From an uncultured bacterium (GTDB taxonomy: Bacteria > Cyanobacteriota > Vampirovibrionia > Gastranaerophilales > JAILCC01), in the NCBI GenBank assembly GCA_949283935.1, contig CASDUJ010000021.1, positions 107,627-171,626 of the forward strand: a stretch of DNA of 64,000 bases. The letters run 5' to 3'. Both the position numbers and the translations under genes were made by a program. Below the pieces are notes generated by a model. It made no database searches, was not told where the DNA came from, and was given only the letters and a program-made list of their open reading frames with translations. Shown here piece after piece: positions 1-8,716 of the stretch. Position 1 is the stretch's first letter. Each line of letters begins with the position of its first letter.

Positions 1-402
1 AATGTACGAGCTGGAACTTTTGTTGCAAAACAATTGGTTAAATCAAGCGATATACGTTTGAAAAATGTTATTTCTAATTTTAACAAAGGTATAGATTCAA
101 TATTGAAAGTTGACCCTGTTGAATATACATTAAAAGATGATGCGAAGCAAATACATCATGTAGGTGTCATTGCTCAAGATTTGCGGAAAATTTTTCCGGA
201 GGCAGTTATTGTTAACAGAGCAACAGGTTATCTTATGGTTTCCCAAGAACCTGTATTTTATGCTTTATTAAATTCTATAAAAGAGTTGAATTCAAACAAC
301 ATAAATTTGGAAAAAGAGAATAAAAAATTAGAAGAAAAAATTGCTAACCTAAAAATAATAAGAGATAAGCTAAAAAAAACTTCTAGTGGAGGAGATTTAT
401 GA
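1..402 (+). CDS. 3' end of a fibre-like protein ending in a Peptidase S74 (endosialidase-type intramolecular chaperone) domain; 5' end lies outside the window
   Basis: Frame 1 is open from base 1. SSDIRLKNVI...HVGVIAQDL..FPEAV...LLNSIKEL plus a coiled-coil tail matches the S74 signature (SDxRxK Ser-Lys dyad, GxIAQ). The stop overlaps the next start (ATGA at 399-402). Confidence 0.7.
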   Translation, partial: NVRAGTFVAKQLVKSSDIRLKNVISNFNKGIDSILKVDPVEYTLKDDAKQIHHVGVIAQDLRKIFPEAVIVNRATGYLMVSQEPVFYALLNSIKELNSNNINLEKENKKLEEKIANLKIIRDKLKKTSSGGDL

Positions 403-1799
403 AAAAAACACTTAAAACAAATGCCGCATTCTCCCTGATAGAAGCAATGATTATATTGTTGTTGATAAGTATAGCAATAATGGTTTTAATTCCTTTAATT
501 TCGCAAAAAACTACTTTTCCAAGATGGATGCCTATAAAAAATGCTGATAAAATAGAAGCAATAACGTATGGTGATAATTATCTTCAGAGAGTTGGCATCG
601 GTGCAAATGTAACTTCAGAAACTAACCCTGATGGAAATTCAGCAAGTGTTACTACTAATATTTCTCCTTTCGTAAACCAAAGTAAATTTTTGTCTAAAAA
701 TATTGCAATTAACCCGAACAACAACATTGGTGTACTTTTAGGAGATAAATATGAACAATTTAAATATACTACCACTAATTATTTGCCAAATAATTCTATA
801 CAATTAGGTATGAATACTTGTATGAGTGCTCCTTCCAATTCAATTATTTTGAGAAGCTTAAATGCTCCAAGAGAATGTTCTGACCGTATTCGAATAGGTA
901 GCGTAGATAATTGGGGAGGTATTACACTTGATAACACTGAAAAATTTACGTTAGGTACAGAAAAATATCAGATTGTGGAAATTAGTAATAATAATTTCAA
1001 CATTAAATTTCCGAATGGTAATAAGGCGATTTCTTATGCAACTGATAGCGATACGCTTACAATTGGTGATGGCTCTACTACTTCATTAATTCCTAATGGT
1101 TCAGGTGCTACTTTATTTTTGTCTGCATCTAATATGTCTTATCCTGATAGATATAATTGTATTTGCGACATTTATTATTATGATGACTGCATTGGTAATG
1201 AATATGATGAGCAGGGGAAATGTATTACGGGAAATTCTGGGTATGTTTTTGCTGGAACAGAGAACAATAAAGATTTGTCATATGCAGAAAGCAATTCATT
1301 CAGAAATGTTAACACTAATACCAAAAAATGTACTTGCTCTTGCGCTGATGATGCTGGCGGAGTTTGTGTGGCTTGCCAATCATTAGGATATATTTTTGCT
1401 GTTGACAATTCTGGCAGTGTTAACGAAACTTATTGTAAAGCTACTTATGGACAATCTTCTCCGGGTCTTTGGAATAGTTCTGATAGACGTTTAAAAAATA
1501 TTATTTCTAAGTACAAAAAGGGTTTTGATTCTCTAAAAAATGTAGATTCTTATTTGTATACATTTAAAAGTGATAAAGAAAACAAAATACATGTAGGATT
1601 GATTGCTCAAAAAATTATTGGCATTTTTGATGAAGCACTTTCAAAAGACGAAGATGGTTTTTATAGTTATGAAAAATCTCCAATTTTATACGCTATGATA
1701 AATTCTGTAAAAGAAATTTATTATAATCAAACAAAAATAAATCAAAAACAAAAAAAATTGAACAAAGAAGCTGACAAATTAATAAGGATGTATGAATGA
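399..1799 (+). CDS. prepilin-type N-terminal leader + Asn/Gly/Thr-rich fibre-like body + C-terminal Peptidase S74 intramolecular chaperone domain
   Basis: The N-terminus MKKTLKTNAA/FSLIEAMIILLLISIAIMVL is a class III (type IV pilin) signal with Glu at +5. The C-terminus SSDRRLKNII...HVGLIAQKI...MINSVKEIY plus coiled coil is the S74 signature. ATGA overlaps at both ends. Confidence 0.75.
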   Translation: MKKTLKTNAAFSLIEAMIILLLISIAIMVLIPLISQKTTFPRWMPIKNADKIEAITYGDNYLQRVGIGANVTSETNPDGNSASVTTNISPFVNQSKFLSKNIAINPNNNIGVLLGDKYEQFKYTTTNYLPNNSIQLGMNTCMSAPSNSIILRSLNAPRECSDRIRIGSVDNWGGITLDNTEKFTLGTEKYQIVEISNNNFNIKFPNGNKAISYATDSDTLTIGDGSTTSLIPNGSGATLFLSASNMSYPDRYNCICDIYYYDDCIGNEYDEQGKCITGNSGYVFAGTENNKDLSYAESNSFRNVNTNTKKCTCSCADDAGGVCVACQSLGYIFAVDNSGSVNETYCKATYGQSSPGLWNSSDRRLKNIISKYKKGFDSLKNVDSYLYTFKSDKENKIHVGLIAQKIIGIFDEALSKDEDGFYSYEKSPILYAMINSVKEIYYNQTKINQKQKKLNKEADKLIRMYE

Positions 1800-2695
1800 A
1801 AAAAGGTTTTTCTCTTATTGAAATATTACAAACTGTGATTTTGTTAGGTATTATAGCTGGATTGTCTATATCTTTTTTCAAAAGATTAAATAATGATGAT
1901 AAATTAGCATCTCAAACTATATCTTTGTTAAATGAAGCAGTAGAAGAAGCTGGTCGACAAATATGTAGTGATGCTACTCCAGCTTGTAATAATGGTGATG
2001 ATACTTTAATGAGAGGGGTTCAAGCTGCAGATAATGTAGATACTAAATATTGTGGCTTTTTGATGGACGTATTTACCACAGTTGCTGGCAAAATCAAATA
2101 TAATACTAATACAGGTTATTGTGAATATGAATTAGATAACGATACTACTCCTTGCGAAATTTATACAATTAACAATACTAGTTATATGGTGTTTGAAAAA
2201 AAACAAGATGACCCTAAAGTTTGTTATATTACTCCTTATTGCGGATATCTTGAACCTTCTGTTCCAGTTAGTAATATAATTTGCAAGAATGGTGTGCCTG
2301 ATTATAGTGTGCAAAGAATTGCTGGTATAACAGAAATTTGTAGACGCTTAAATGAATTAGTTAATCATAAAATACAAGGTGGGTCTGAAAGTATTGATTT
2401 GATCACCACTTGTAATTCTGATGTACATGAATGTTTTAAGAATAATACATGTAAAGATTTAGCAGGGAATTATTCCACTAATACTAGTATGATACTTCCT
2501 AATGGAGTAAGATTATATAATTTAGGTAGTAAATTTAATGACGGTGATTCAGTATTTGTGTACATAAAATATGATAGAATTGATGACATAAAAACTGCTG
2601 ATGTCACTTCAGATACATCCAAATTAAAAAAATACACTACATATGAATATAAAATTGTAAATCCCGCAGGTGTTGGAGATGTAAATAGTCCATAA
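1796..2695 (+). CDS. type IV pilin/pseudopilin-like protein with Cys-rich globular part
   Basis: MKKG/FSLIEILQTVILLGIIAGLSISFF is the canonical G/FxLIE prepilin cleavage-methylation motif followed by a hydrophobic helix. There are 12 Cys in the remainder and no S74 module. Confidence 0.7.
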   Translation: MKKGFSLIEILQTVILLGIIAGLSISFFKRLNNDDKLASQTISLLNEAVEEAGRQICSDATPACNNGDDTLMRGVQAADNVDTKYCGFLMDVFTTVAGKIKYNTNTGYCEYELDNDTTPCEIYTINNTSYMVFEKKQDDPKVCYITPYCGYLEPSVPVSNIICKNGVPDYSVQRIAGITEICRRLNELVNHKIQGGSESIDLITTCNSDVHECFKNNTCKDLAGNYSTNTSMILPNGVRLYNLGSKFNDGDSVFVYIKYDRIDDIKTADVTSDTSKLKKYTTYEYKIVNPAGVGDVNSP

Positions 2696-2699
2696 AATT

Positions 2700-3197
2700 A
2701 TGAATGAATTTTTAATACTTTTTATACTCAAAATAAAAGTTTCAAATATATATGAAATAAAAAAATTCATAGATACAAATTTTGCACCTTTTATGCAAAT
2801 AAGTTCAGGAGCTATAATTCCTACATTAAAACGTCTTGAAGACAATGATTTTATTCAAAGCGAAAAATTAATTTCAAAAGGTGGTTTGCGAAAAAGTTTT
2901 TATTCTATTTCTCAAAAAGGTGAGGATTTATTTAATAGTTTGCTTTTATTTTCTTCAACTTCTTCTCCTCAAATTTTCAGAAAAGAATTAGATGTTTTGT
3001 TTATGATTGTTAATTCAAAAATTTTAACAGACGAACAAAATTTGTTACTAAAAGAAAAAATATACAATATATTAAATGTGAGTATTTCAATTTTAAAAAA
3101 GACAATGTCAGATAATCCACTTAACTTGCAATATCTTCAATTAGAACTTGATTATATGAACAAAAAACTTGATTTATTAAATTTTTCTCAAAACTAA
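2700..3197 (+). CDS. PadR-like winged-helix transcriptional regulator
   Basis: IYEIKKFIDTNF...ISSGAIIPTLKRLEDNDFIQSEK resembles the PadR recognition helix/wing (G.iYP.LkRLE..G.I). It starts 5 nt after the pilin-like gene. Confidence 0.5.
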   Translation: MNEFLILFILKIKVSNIYEIKKFIDTNFAPFMQISSGAIIPTLKRLEDNDFIQSEKLISKGGLRKSFYSISQKGEDLFNSLLLFSSTSSPQIFRKELDVLFMIVNSKILTDEQNLLLKEKIYNILNVSISILKKTMSDNPLNLQYLQLELDYMNKKLDLLNFSQN

Positions 3198-3278
3198 AGC
3201 TTGTATAATGTGTAGTAATTTACGATAAAAATTTTTTGTATTATAATTTAAAAAATAGCAGAGGATAAGGAATTATTT

Positions 3279-3599
3279 ATGATAAATTCAGTAGTTATAG
3301 TAGGAAGAGTTGGTCAGGATCCAGAAGTTAGATATTTTGATTCAGGGAAAGTGAAAACAGTTTTATCTGTTGCTACAAATAGATGGACAAAAGATGGAGA
3401 TAAAACTGATTGGTTTAGAATTGAACTTTGGGATAAAAAAGCTGAAGTTGCTGGAGAATATGCTAAAAAAGGTGTTTTAATTGCTATAGAAGGCAAGTTA
3501 GCAGTTAATAAATGGAAGGCTTCTTCTGGAGAAGACAGGGAATATTATTATATTCGCGCCAATGATATACGTCTTTTAGGTAAAAGAGAAGTTGCATAA
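3279..3599 (+). CDS. ssb: single-stranded DNA-binding protein, OB-fold only (no Gly/Pro linker or acidic C-terminal tip)
   Basis: MINSVVIVGRVGQDPEVRYF..G..V....VATNR......TDWF.I..W.K.AEV...Y..KG..I.IEG.L is a typical SSB OB fold. The protein ends ...LLGKREVA. A GGA-rich RBS sits upstream. Confidence 0.8.
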   Translation: MINSVVIVGRVGQDPEVRYFDSGKVKTVLSVATNRWTKDGDKTDWFRIELWDKKAEVAGEYAKKGVLIAIEGKLAVNKWKASSGEDREYYYIRANDIRLLGKREVA

Positions 3600-4897
3600 T
3601 GTTTATTCAAACTGGAACAATAGGTATAATTGCTGATGATTTAACTGGAGCAAATGATACTGCTTTACAATTTAATTTAAGCGGAGCAAATACTCAAATT
3701 TTATTTGATTATTCTCAGCAGCCTGAAGGGCTCTTGAAAACTCAAGTTTGGGCAATAAGTACAGAAACTAGAAATCTTTCCAAGGAGGATTCTGTTCCTA
3801 TAGTACGTGGAGCTGTAAAAATTTTAGACGAAAAATTAAATGCCGAATATTTTTACAAAAAAATTGACTCTACTCTTAGAGGTAATATAGGAATTGAAAC
3901 TATGACAGTTTTAAATGAACTTGGCTGGGATGCGGCTATTATTGTTCCTGCATTTCCTGCAGAAGGTAGAACTACTGTAGGCGGATATCATTTGCTTAAT
4001 GGCAATCCTATTGACAGAACTGAACTAGCGAGGGATCCGAAATCTCCTGTTAAAGAAAGTCATATTCCTACCCTATTAGCTCAACAAATTGGTTCTTCTG
4101 ATTTAGTTGGTAATATTTCATTAAAAACTGTTACAAAAGGTGCCGGTCCTATTTTAATTGAACTGCAGCAATTAATTTGCCAAGGAAAAAAACTTATTGT
4201 AATTGATGCTGTTTCTACAACTGATATAGAACAAATTGTTCTAGCAGTTGAAAAAAGTACGTATAATATTCTTCCTTGTGGGGCAGCTTCCATGGCTAAG
4301 GCTTTTGCGGATGTTTGGCTTCCTGAAGCTGAGTATCAACATATAGCAAAAACCATTCCAGATAATCCAATTTTAGTAGTTTCAGGAAGTGCTACATCTT
4401 TAGTTCGTGCACAAATTGAAAAAGTTACTCATTCAGATGATTTTGAACCTTATGTGGTTGAATTAACTCTTGAGACCATTTCTACTCAAAGTTTTGATGA
4501 AATTTTAGATAGAATAGTTAAACATTTGAATAAATATCGTTTGGTTATTGTACATTTTTCTCCTATTGAAAATTCTATGGATAAAAACATTGAATATGCG
4601 AAAGCTAATGAAATAAATCCTGATGATATTCCATCTATTATTACAGATTATCTTGCACGTTTAACCAAAGATGTTGCGGCTATTCAAGATGTTATTTTAG
4701 TTTTGGTTGGAGGAGAAACCTCATATAAAATTTGTAGCGCAATAGGCAGCACAAATTTGCAAGTAATTGATGAAGCAGATAGTGCTATTCCTCTATGTTT
4801 GGACTTTAAAGCTCAGTGGATTGTTACAAAATCAGGAAATTTGGGAACATCTTCTACTCTTGTAAATATTTTAAAATATATAGAAAGACATAAATAA
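3599..4897 (+). CDS. four-carbon acid sugar kinase family protein (DUF1537; threonate/erythronate/3-oxo-tetronate kinase type)
   Basis: The N-terminal IGIIADDLTGANDTALQF motif and about 430 aa length are typical of DUF1537 kinases. TAATG overlap with ssb; directly followed by a PdxA-family gene. Confidence 0.8.
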   Translation: MFIQTGTIGIIADDLTGANDTALQFNLSGANTQILFDYSQQPEGLLKTQVWAISTETRNLSKEDSVPIVRGAVKILDEKLNAEYFYKKIDSTLRGNIGIETMTVLNELGWDAAIIVPAFPAEGRTTVGGYHLLNGNPIDRTELARDPKSPVKESHIPTLLAQQIGSSDLVGNISLKTVTKGAGPILIELQQLICQGKKLIVIDAVSTTDIEQIVLAVEKSTYNILPCGAASMAKAFADVWLPEAEYQHIAKTIPDNPILVVSGSATSLVRAQIEKVTHSDDFEPYVVELTLETISTQSFDEILDRIVKHLNKYRLVIVHFSPIENSMDKNIEYAKANEINPDDIPSIITDYLARLTKDVAAIQDVILVLVGGETSYKICSAIGSTNLQVIDEADSAIPLCLDFKAQWIVTKSGNLGTSSTLVNILKYIERHK

Positions 4898-5851
4898 ATG
4901 AAAAAAATTGCTATAACTATGGGGGATCCCGCAGGAATTGGACCTGAAATTATACTGAAATCTTTGCCCAAAATTGATTCTTCTAAAATTTTACTTATAG
5001 GAAATAATAAAATATTTACTAGACTTGAAAATTTGTATAATCTTAAAATTCCAAAAACAATTGAATTTTATAATATTGAATATGATGTTTCTAACATTCA
5101 ACCCGCCATAGAAAATAAAAATACTGGAGAATTGGCATATTTGTGTTTGAAAAAAGCATGTGATTTAGTTATTGATAATGTAGTTCAATCTATTGCTACT
5201 GCCCCATTGTCAAAAAAAGCTTTGAATTTAGCTGGATATAATTATTCAGGACAAACTGAAATTTTGCAAAATGAACTTGGAAGTTTAGCTGAAAACGCTC
5301 AAATGCTTTTTGTAGCAGAAAAACTTAGAGTATTACTTTTAACTCGTCACATACCTTTAAAAAATATTCCAAATTTAATTACCAAAGAAAATATAGTTAA
5401 TACTGCAAAAATTCTTAATTTGGAACTAAAAAATAAATTTAATATAAAAAAACCAAAAATAGCAATGTGTTCACTTAATCCTCATGCTGGTGAAAATGGA
5501 ATATTAGGAGACGAAGAATTGAATGTAATAAATCCTGCAATTAATTATCTTCAAACTTTGGGGATTGACATTTACGGTTCTTATAGTGCTGATTTTTTAT
5601 TAAGTGATGCTGTCAAAAATTACAAAAATCCTAAATTTGATGCATATATTTCGTGTTATCATGATCAATCTCTTCCTGCTGTAAAATCTTTAGGACTTGA
5701 TAAAGTTTTAAATATTACTATAGGTTTAAAGGCATTAAGAGTTTCTCCATCTCATGGAACTGCTTTTGATATTGCTTATAAAAATATTGCAGATTATAAC
5801 AGTATGCTAAATGCAATTAAATTTTTAGAAAACTTGCTGTTAATTATATAA
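4898..5851 (+). CDS. pdxA: PdxA-family 4-hydroxythreonine-4-phosphate / 4-phospho-D-threonate dehydrogenase
   Basis: MKKIAITMGDPAGIGPEIILK, NPHAGENG and HDQ...SPSHGTAFDIA are PdxA family hallmarks. Pairing with a DUF1537 kinase suggests the PdxA2 (catabolic) subtype. Confidence 0.85.
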   Translation: MKKIAITMGDPAGIGPEIILKSLPKIDSSKILLIGNNKIFTRLENLYNLKIPKTIEFYNIEYDVSNIQPAIENKNTGELAYLCLKKACDLVIDNVVQSIATAPLSKKALNLAGYNYSGQTEILQNELGSLAENAQMLFVAEKLRVLLLTRHIPLKNIPNLITKENIVNTAKILNLELKNKFNIKKPKIAMCSLNPHAGENGILGDEELNVINPAINYLQTLGIDIYGSYSADFLLSDAVKNYKNPKFDAYISCYHDQSLPAVKSLGLDKVLNITIGLKALRVSPSHGTAFDIAYKNIADYNSMLNAIKFLENLLLII

Positions 5852-5896
5852 TAATGCTATAATTATCTATTATGTGATTTCATAGAAAGTATTAAA

Positions 5897-6967
5897 ATGA
5901 CAAAAATTTTAATTGTTTATGATGACAAAACAAATTTAAAAATTCTGGATGCTATATTAAATGAAACTGGTTATACTATTTTAAGTGTAAATAATTTTAA
6001 TTTATTTATAGAAACTATAAAAAATGAAATGCCGGATATTATAATACTTAATAAAAGCATATTGGATATTAATACTATTAAATTTTTCAACGAAATTAAT
6101 TCGATTAAAAATATAAACAAAATACCTTTCATATTTGTTTGTGAGGTTGCTGATTATAAAACAATTACTGCAGGATATGATTTAGGTGCTGTAGATTATA
6201 TTACAAAACCTTTTATAGCAAAAGAAATTAAAACAAAGCTTGCTATGCATTTAAAAATAAATGAACTACAAAATGAACTGAAAAAGCTTAATAATATAAT
6301 GGAACATAAAGTTGAAGAACAATTTAAACAAATATCTGATACTCAAATGGAAACAATTTTTTCTTTGGCAAAACTTGCTCAATCCAGAGATGATGATACT
6401 GGAAAACATTTGGAAAGAGTACAAAAATATTGTTATGTTTTGGCGAAAGCACTTAGTGAAAACTCTTTGTATTCTAACCAAATAGATGAAAATTTTATTA
6501 AAAATATTTTAAATGCAAGTCCCCTGCATGATATTGGAAAAGTAGGAATCTCCGATTTGATTCTATTAAAGCCAGGTAGATTAACTCACGATGAATTTGA
6601 AATAATGAAAACTCATACTGTAATTGGTTACGAAACATTACAAGAAGTTGATGAAAAATTTGGTAACAATGAATTTATTGCTATGGGGAAAGTGATTGCA
6701 CGTTCACATCACGAAAGATGGGATGGAGCAGGATATCCTGATCATCTAAAAGGTGAAAATATTCCATTACCCGCGAGAATAATGGCAATTGCCGATGTTT
6801 ATGATGCTTTAAGTACAAAAAGAATATACAAAGAGGCTTTACCTTTAAATGTATGTGTAGAAGTTATAAAAGAAAATAGAGGAACACAATTTGATCCTAT
6901 AATTGTTGATAAATTTTTAGAAATTTCTTACCAATTTGCTGAAATTCATGAACAACTAAAAGACTAA
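5897..6967 (+). CDS. response-regulator receiver domain + HD-GYP domain protein (RpfG-like c-di-GMP phosphodiesterase)
   Basis: CheY-like N-terminus (ILIVYDD...DYITKPF). The C-terminal part has HDIGKVG and HHERWDGAGYPDHLKG (HD-GYP). Confidence 0.85.
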   Translation: MTKILIVYDDKTNLKILDAILNETGYTILSVNNFNLFIETIKNEMPDIIILNKSILDINTIKFFNEINSIKNINKIPFIFVCEVADYKTITAGYDLGAVDYITKPFIAKEIKTKLAMHLKINELQNELKKLNNIMEHKVEEQFKQISDTQMETIFSLAKLAQSRDDDTGKHLERVQKYCYVLAKALSENSLYSNQIDENFIKNILNASPLHDIGKVGISDLILLKPGRLTHDEFEIMKTHTVIGYETLQEVDEKFGNNEFIAMGKVIARSHHERWDGAGYPDHLKGENIPLPARIMAIADVYDALSTKRIYKEALPLNVCVEVIKENRGTQFDPIIVDKFLEISYQFAEIHEQLKD

Positions 6968-6974
6968 TTTGCTT

Positions 6975-8324
6975 TTAATTTAATTCTTTTAATATGTTAA
7001 TATATTTGTAAATTTCATCAAGAGTGTTTAGTTCTGTTAAAGCAACCAAAAGACAATTTTTCATATTTGGGAAATCTTTTTCAAGACTTATTCCAGCAAA
7101 TATATTTTTATACTCAGCTTGTTTTAAAAATTCATCAACGCTTATTGATGCTGGAAATTTTACAACAAACTCATTTAAATAATTTTTGTTCAAAATTTTA
7201 AAATCTTTGATTTCTGAAATTTTTTTTGCCAACAATTGAGCCTTTTGGATAGAATTTTCTTCAAGTTCCAAAATGCCGCTAAACCCAAGCAAAGAAAGAT
7301 ATATAGTTGCACTTAAACACATTAAAGCTTGGTTCGAACATATATTACTTGTTGCTTTTTCTCTTCTTATGTGTTGTTCTCTAGCCTGCTGAGTTAATGT
7401 GTAAGCTCTTTTTCCTTCTTTATCAAAAGTTAAACCCACTATACGCCCTGGTAATTGTCTCATATATGTTTCTTTTGTAGACATATAACCGGCATGTGGA
7501 CCTCCAAAACTCATTGGGAGACCTAAAGATTGTATGTCTCCAACTGCAATGTCTGCATCAAATGCCTTGGGAGGCTTTAGAACAGCTAAAGCCGAAGGAT
7601 CTGAGCAAGTAATCAATAATGCATTAAGTCGTTTGGCATTTTGTGAAATAGTTTCCATATCTTCAATGTCACCAAAATAATTAGGATATTGGACTAAAAT
7701 TCCTGCATATCCGCCTTCTTCAAATTCTTCTAGGGCTTTCAAATTTAATTGGGTTGAATTTAGTGGAATTAAATCAATTTCTATATTGTTGGCATTTGCA
7801 TATGATTTAATAACTTTTAGATAATCAGGATTTATTGTTGATGCTATAAGTATTTTGGAAGTTTTTTTTATTCTACAAGCCATTAACATAGCTTCTGAAC
7901 AAGCTACTGCTCCATCATATACTCCAGCATTGGACAAATCCATACCTGTTATGTTGCAAATCATTGTTTGATATTCATAAATAGATTGCAAACTACCTTG
8001 TGATATTTCCGGTTGATATGGAGTATATGCTGTCAAAAATTCAGAACGTTGAGTTAAATAAGAAACACAAGCTGGAGAAAATTTATTGTAACAACCTCCT
8101 CCCATAAAATATGCATTTTTGCTTGTGCTTTGATTGCTATTAGAAAGATTTAACAGCTTTTGCTTCATTTCAATTTCATTTATAGGATCAGGTAAGTCTA
8201 AATCTTCTCTCAATCTTATACCTGCGTCAAGTGATTTAAACAATTCTTCAGTAGAAGAAAGCCCAATTTCCTCAAGCATTTTTTGCCTAGTTGTTTCATT
8301 ATGTACAAGAAATTTATTTTCCAT
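6975..8324 (-). CDS. gcvPA: glycine dehydrogenase (aminomethyl-transferring) subunit 1
   Basis: About 450 aa, N-terminus ...MLEEIGLSSTEELF..., TAYTPYQPEISQG motif, and position after gcvT-gcvH. Confidence 0.9.
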   Translation of the reverse strand: MENKFLVHNETTRQKMLEEIGLSSTEELFKSLDAGIRLREDLDLPDPINEIEMKQKLLNLSNSNQSTSKNAYFMGGGCYNKFSPACVSYLTQRSEFLTAYTPYQPEISQGSLQSIYEYQTMICNITGMDLSNAGVYDGAVACSEAMLMACRIKKTSKILIASTINPDYLKVIKSYANANNIEIDLIPLNSTQLNLKALEEFEEGGYAGILVQYPNYFGDIEDMETISQNAKRLNALLITCSDPSALAVLKPPKAFDADIAVGDIQSLGLPMSFGGPHAGYMSTKETYMRQLPGRIVGLTFDKEGKRAYTLTQQAREQHIRREKATSNICSNQALMCLSATIYLSLLGFSGILELEENSIQKAQLLAKKISEIKDFKILNKNYLNEFVVKFPASISVDEFLKQAEYKNIFAGISLEKDFPNMKNCLLVALTELNTLDEIYKYINILKELN

Positions 8325-8707
8325 TATTGAACTTCGCTTTTATAATCATCATATTCCATTAAAGTATCTAGTTCAGAAGGATTTGTTAAATCTATCTTTA
8401 GTAACCAACCTTCTTTGTATGAATCTGAATTTAGAAGTTCAGGTTTAGAAATTAATTCTTCATTAACTTCAAGTACTTTAAAAGATACAGGAGCAAAAAG
8501 TTCAGAGGCAGCTTTTACTGATTCTAATGTGCCAAAAATTTCGCCTTGAGAAAATTCGCTTTCTACTTCAGGAAGTTCAACAAATACAATATCACCCAAT
8601 TGTTCAACTGCAAAATCTGTTATTCCTATATAATATTCATCTTCAATTTGAAATATACATTCGTGTGTTTTTGTGCATAATATGCCTTCTGGAATTTCAA
8701 AATCCAT
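8324..8707 (-). CDS. gcvH: glycine cleavage system protein H
   Basis: 127 aa with the lipoyl-lysine motif LESVKAASELFAPVS. Overlaps the gcvPA start by 1 nt. Confidence 0.9.
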   Translation of the reverse strand: MDFEIPEGILCTKTHECIFQIEDEYYIGITDFAVEQLGDIVFVELPEVESEFSQGEIFGTLESVKAASELFAPVSFKVLEVNEELISKPELLNSDSYKEGWLLKIDLTNPSELDTLMEYDDYKSEVQ

Positions 8708-8716
8708 AACTTTCTC

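Noticed and set aside
1-2695. Prophage tail-fibre module or mobile element
   Set aside because: S74 domains are typically phage-borne, but the window has no capsid, terminase, baseplate, lysis or integrase gene. Two of the three genes also carry prepilin leaders, and housekeeping genes follow directly. Phage genes upstream of base 1 cannot be excluded.
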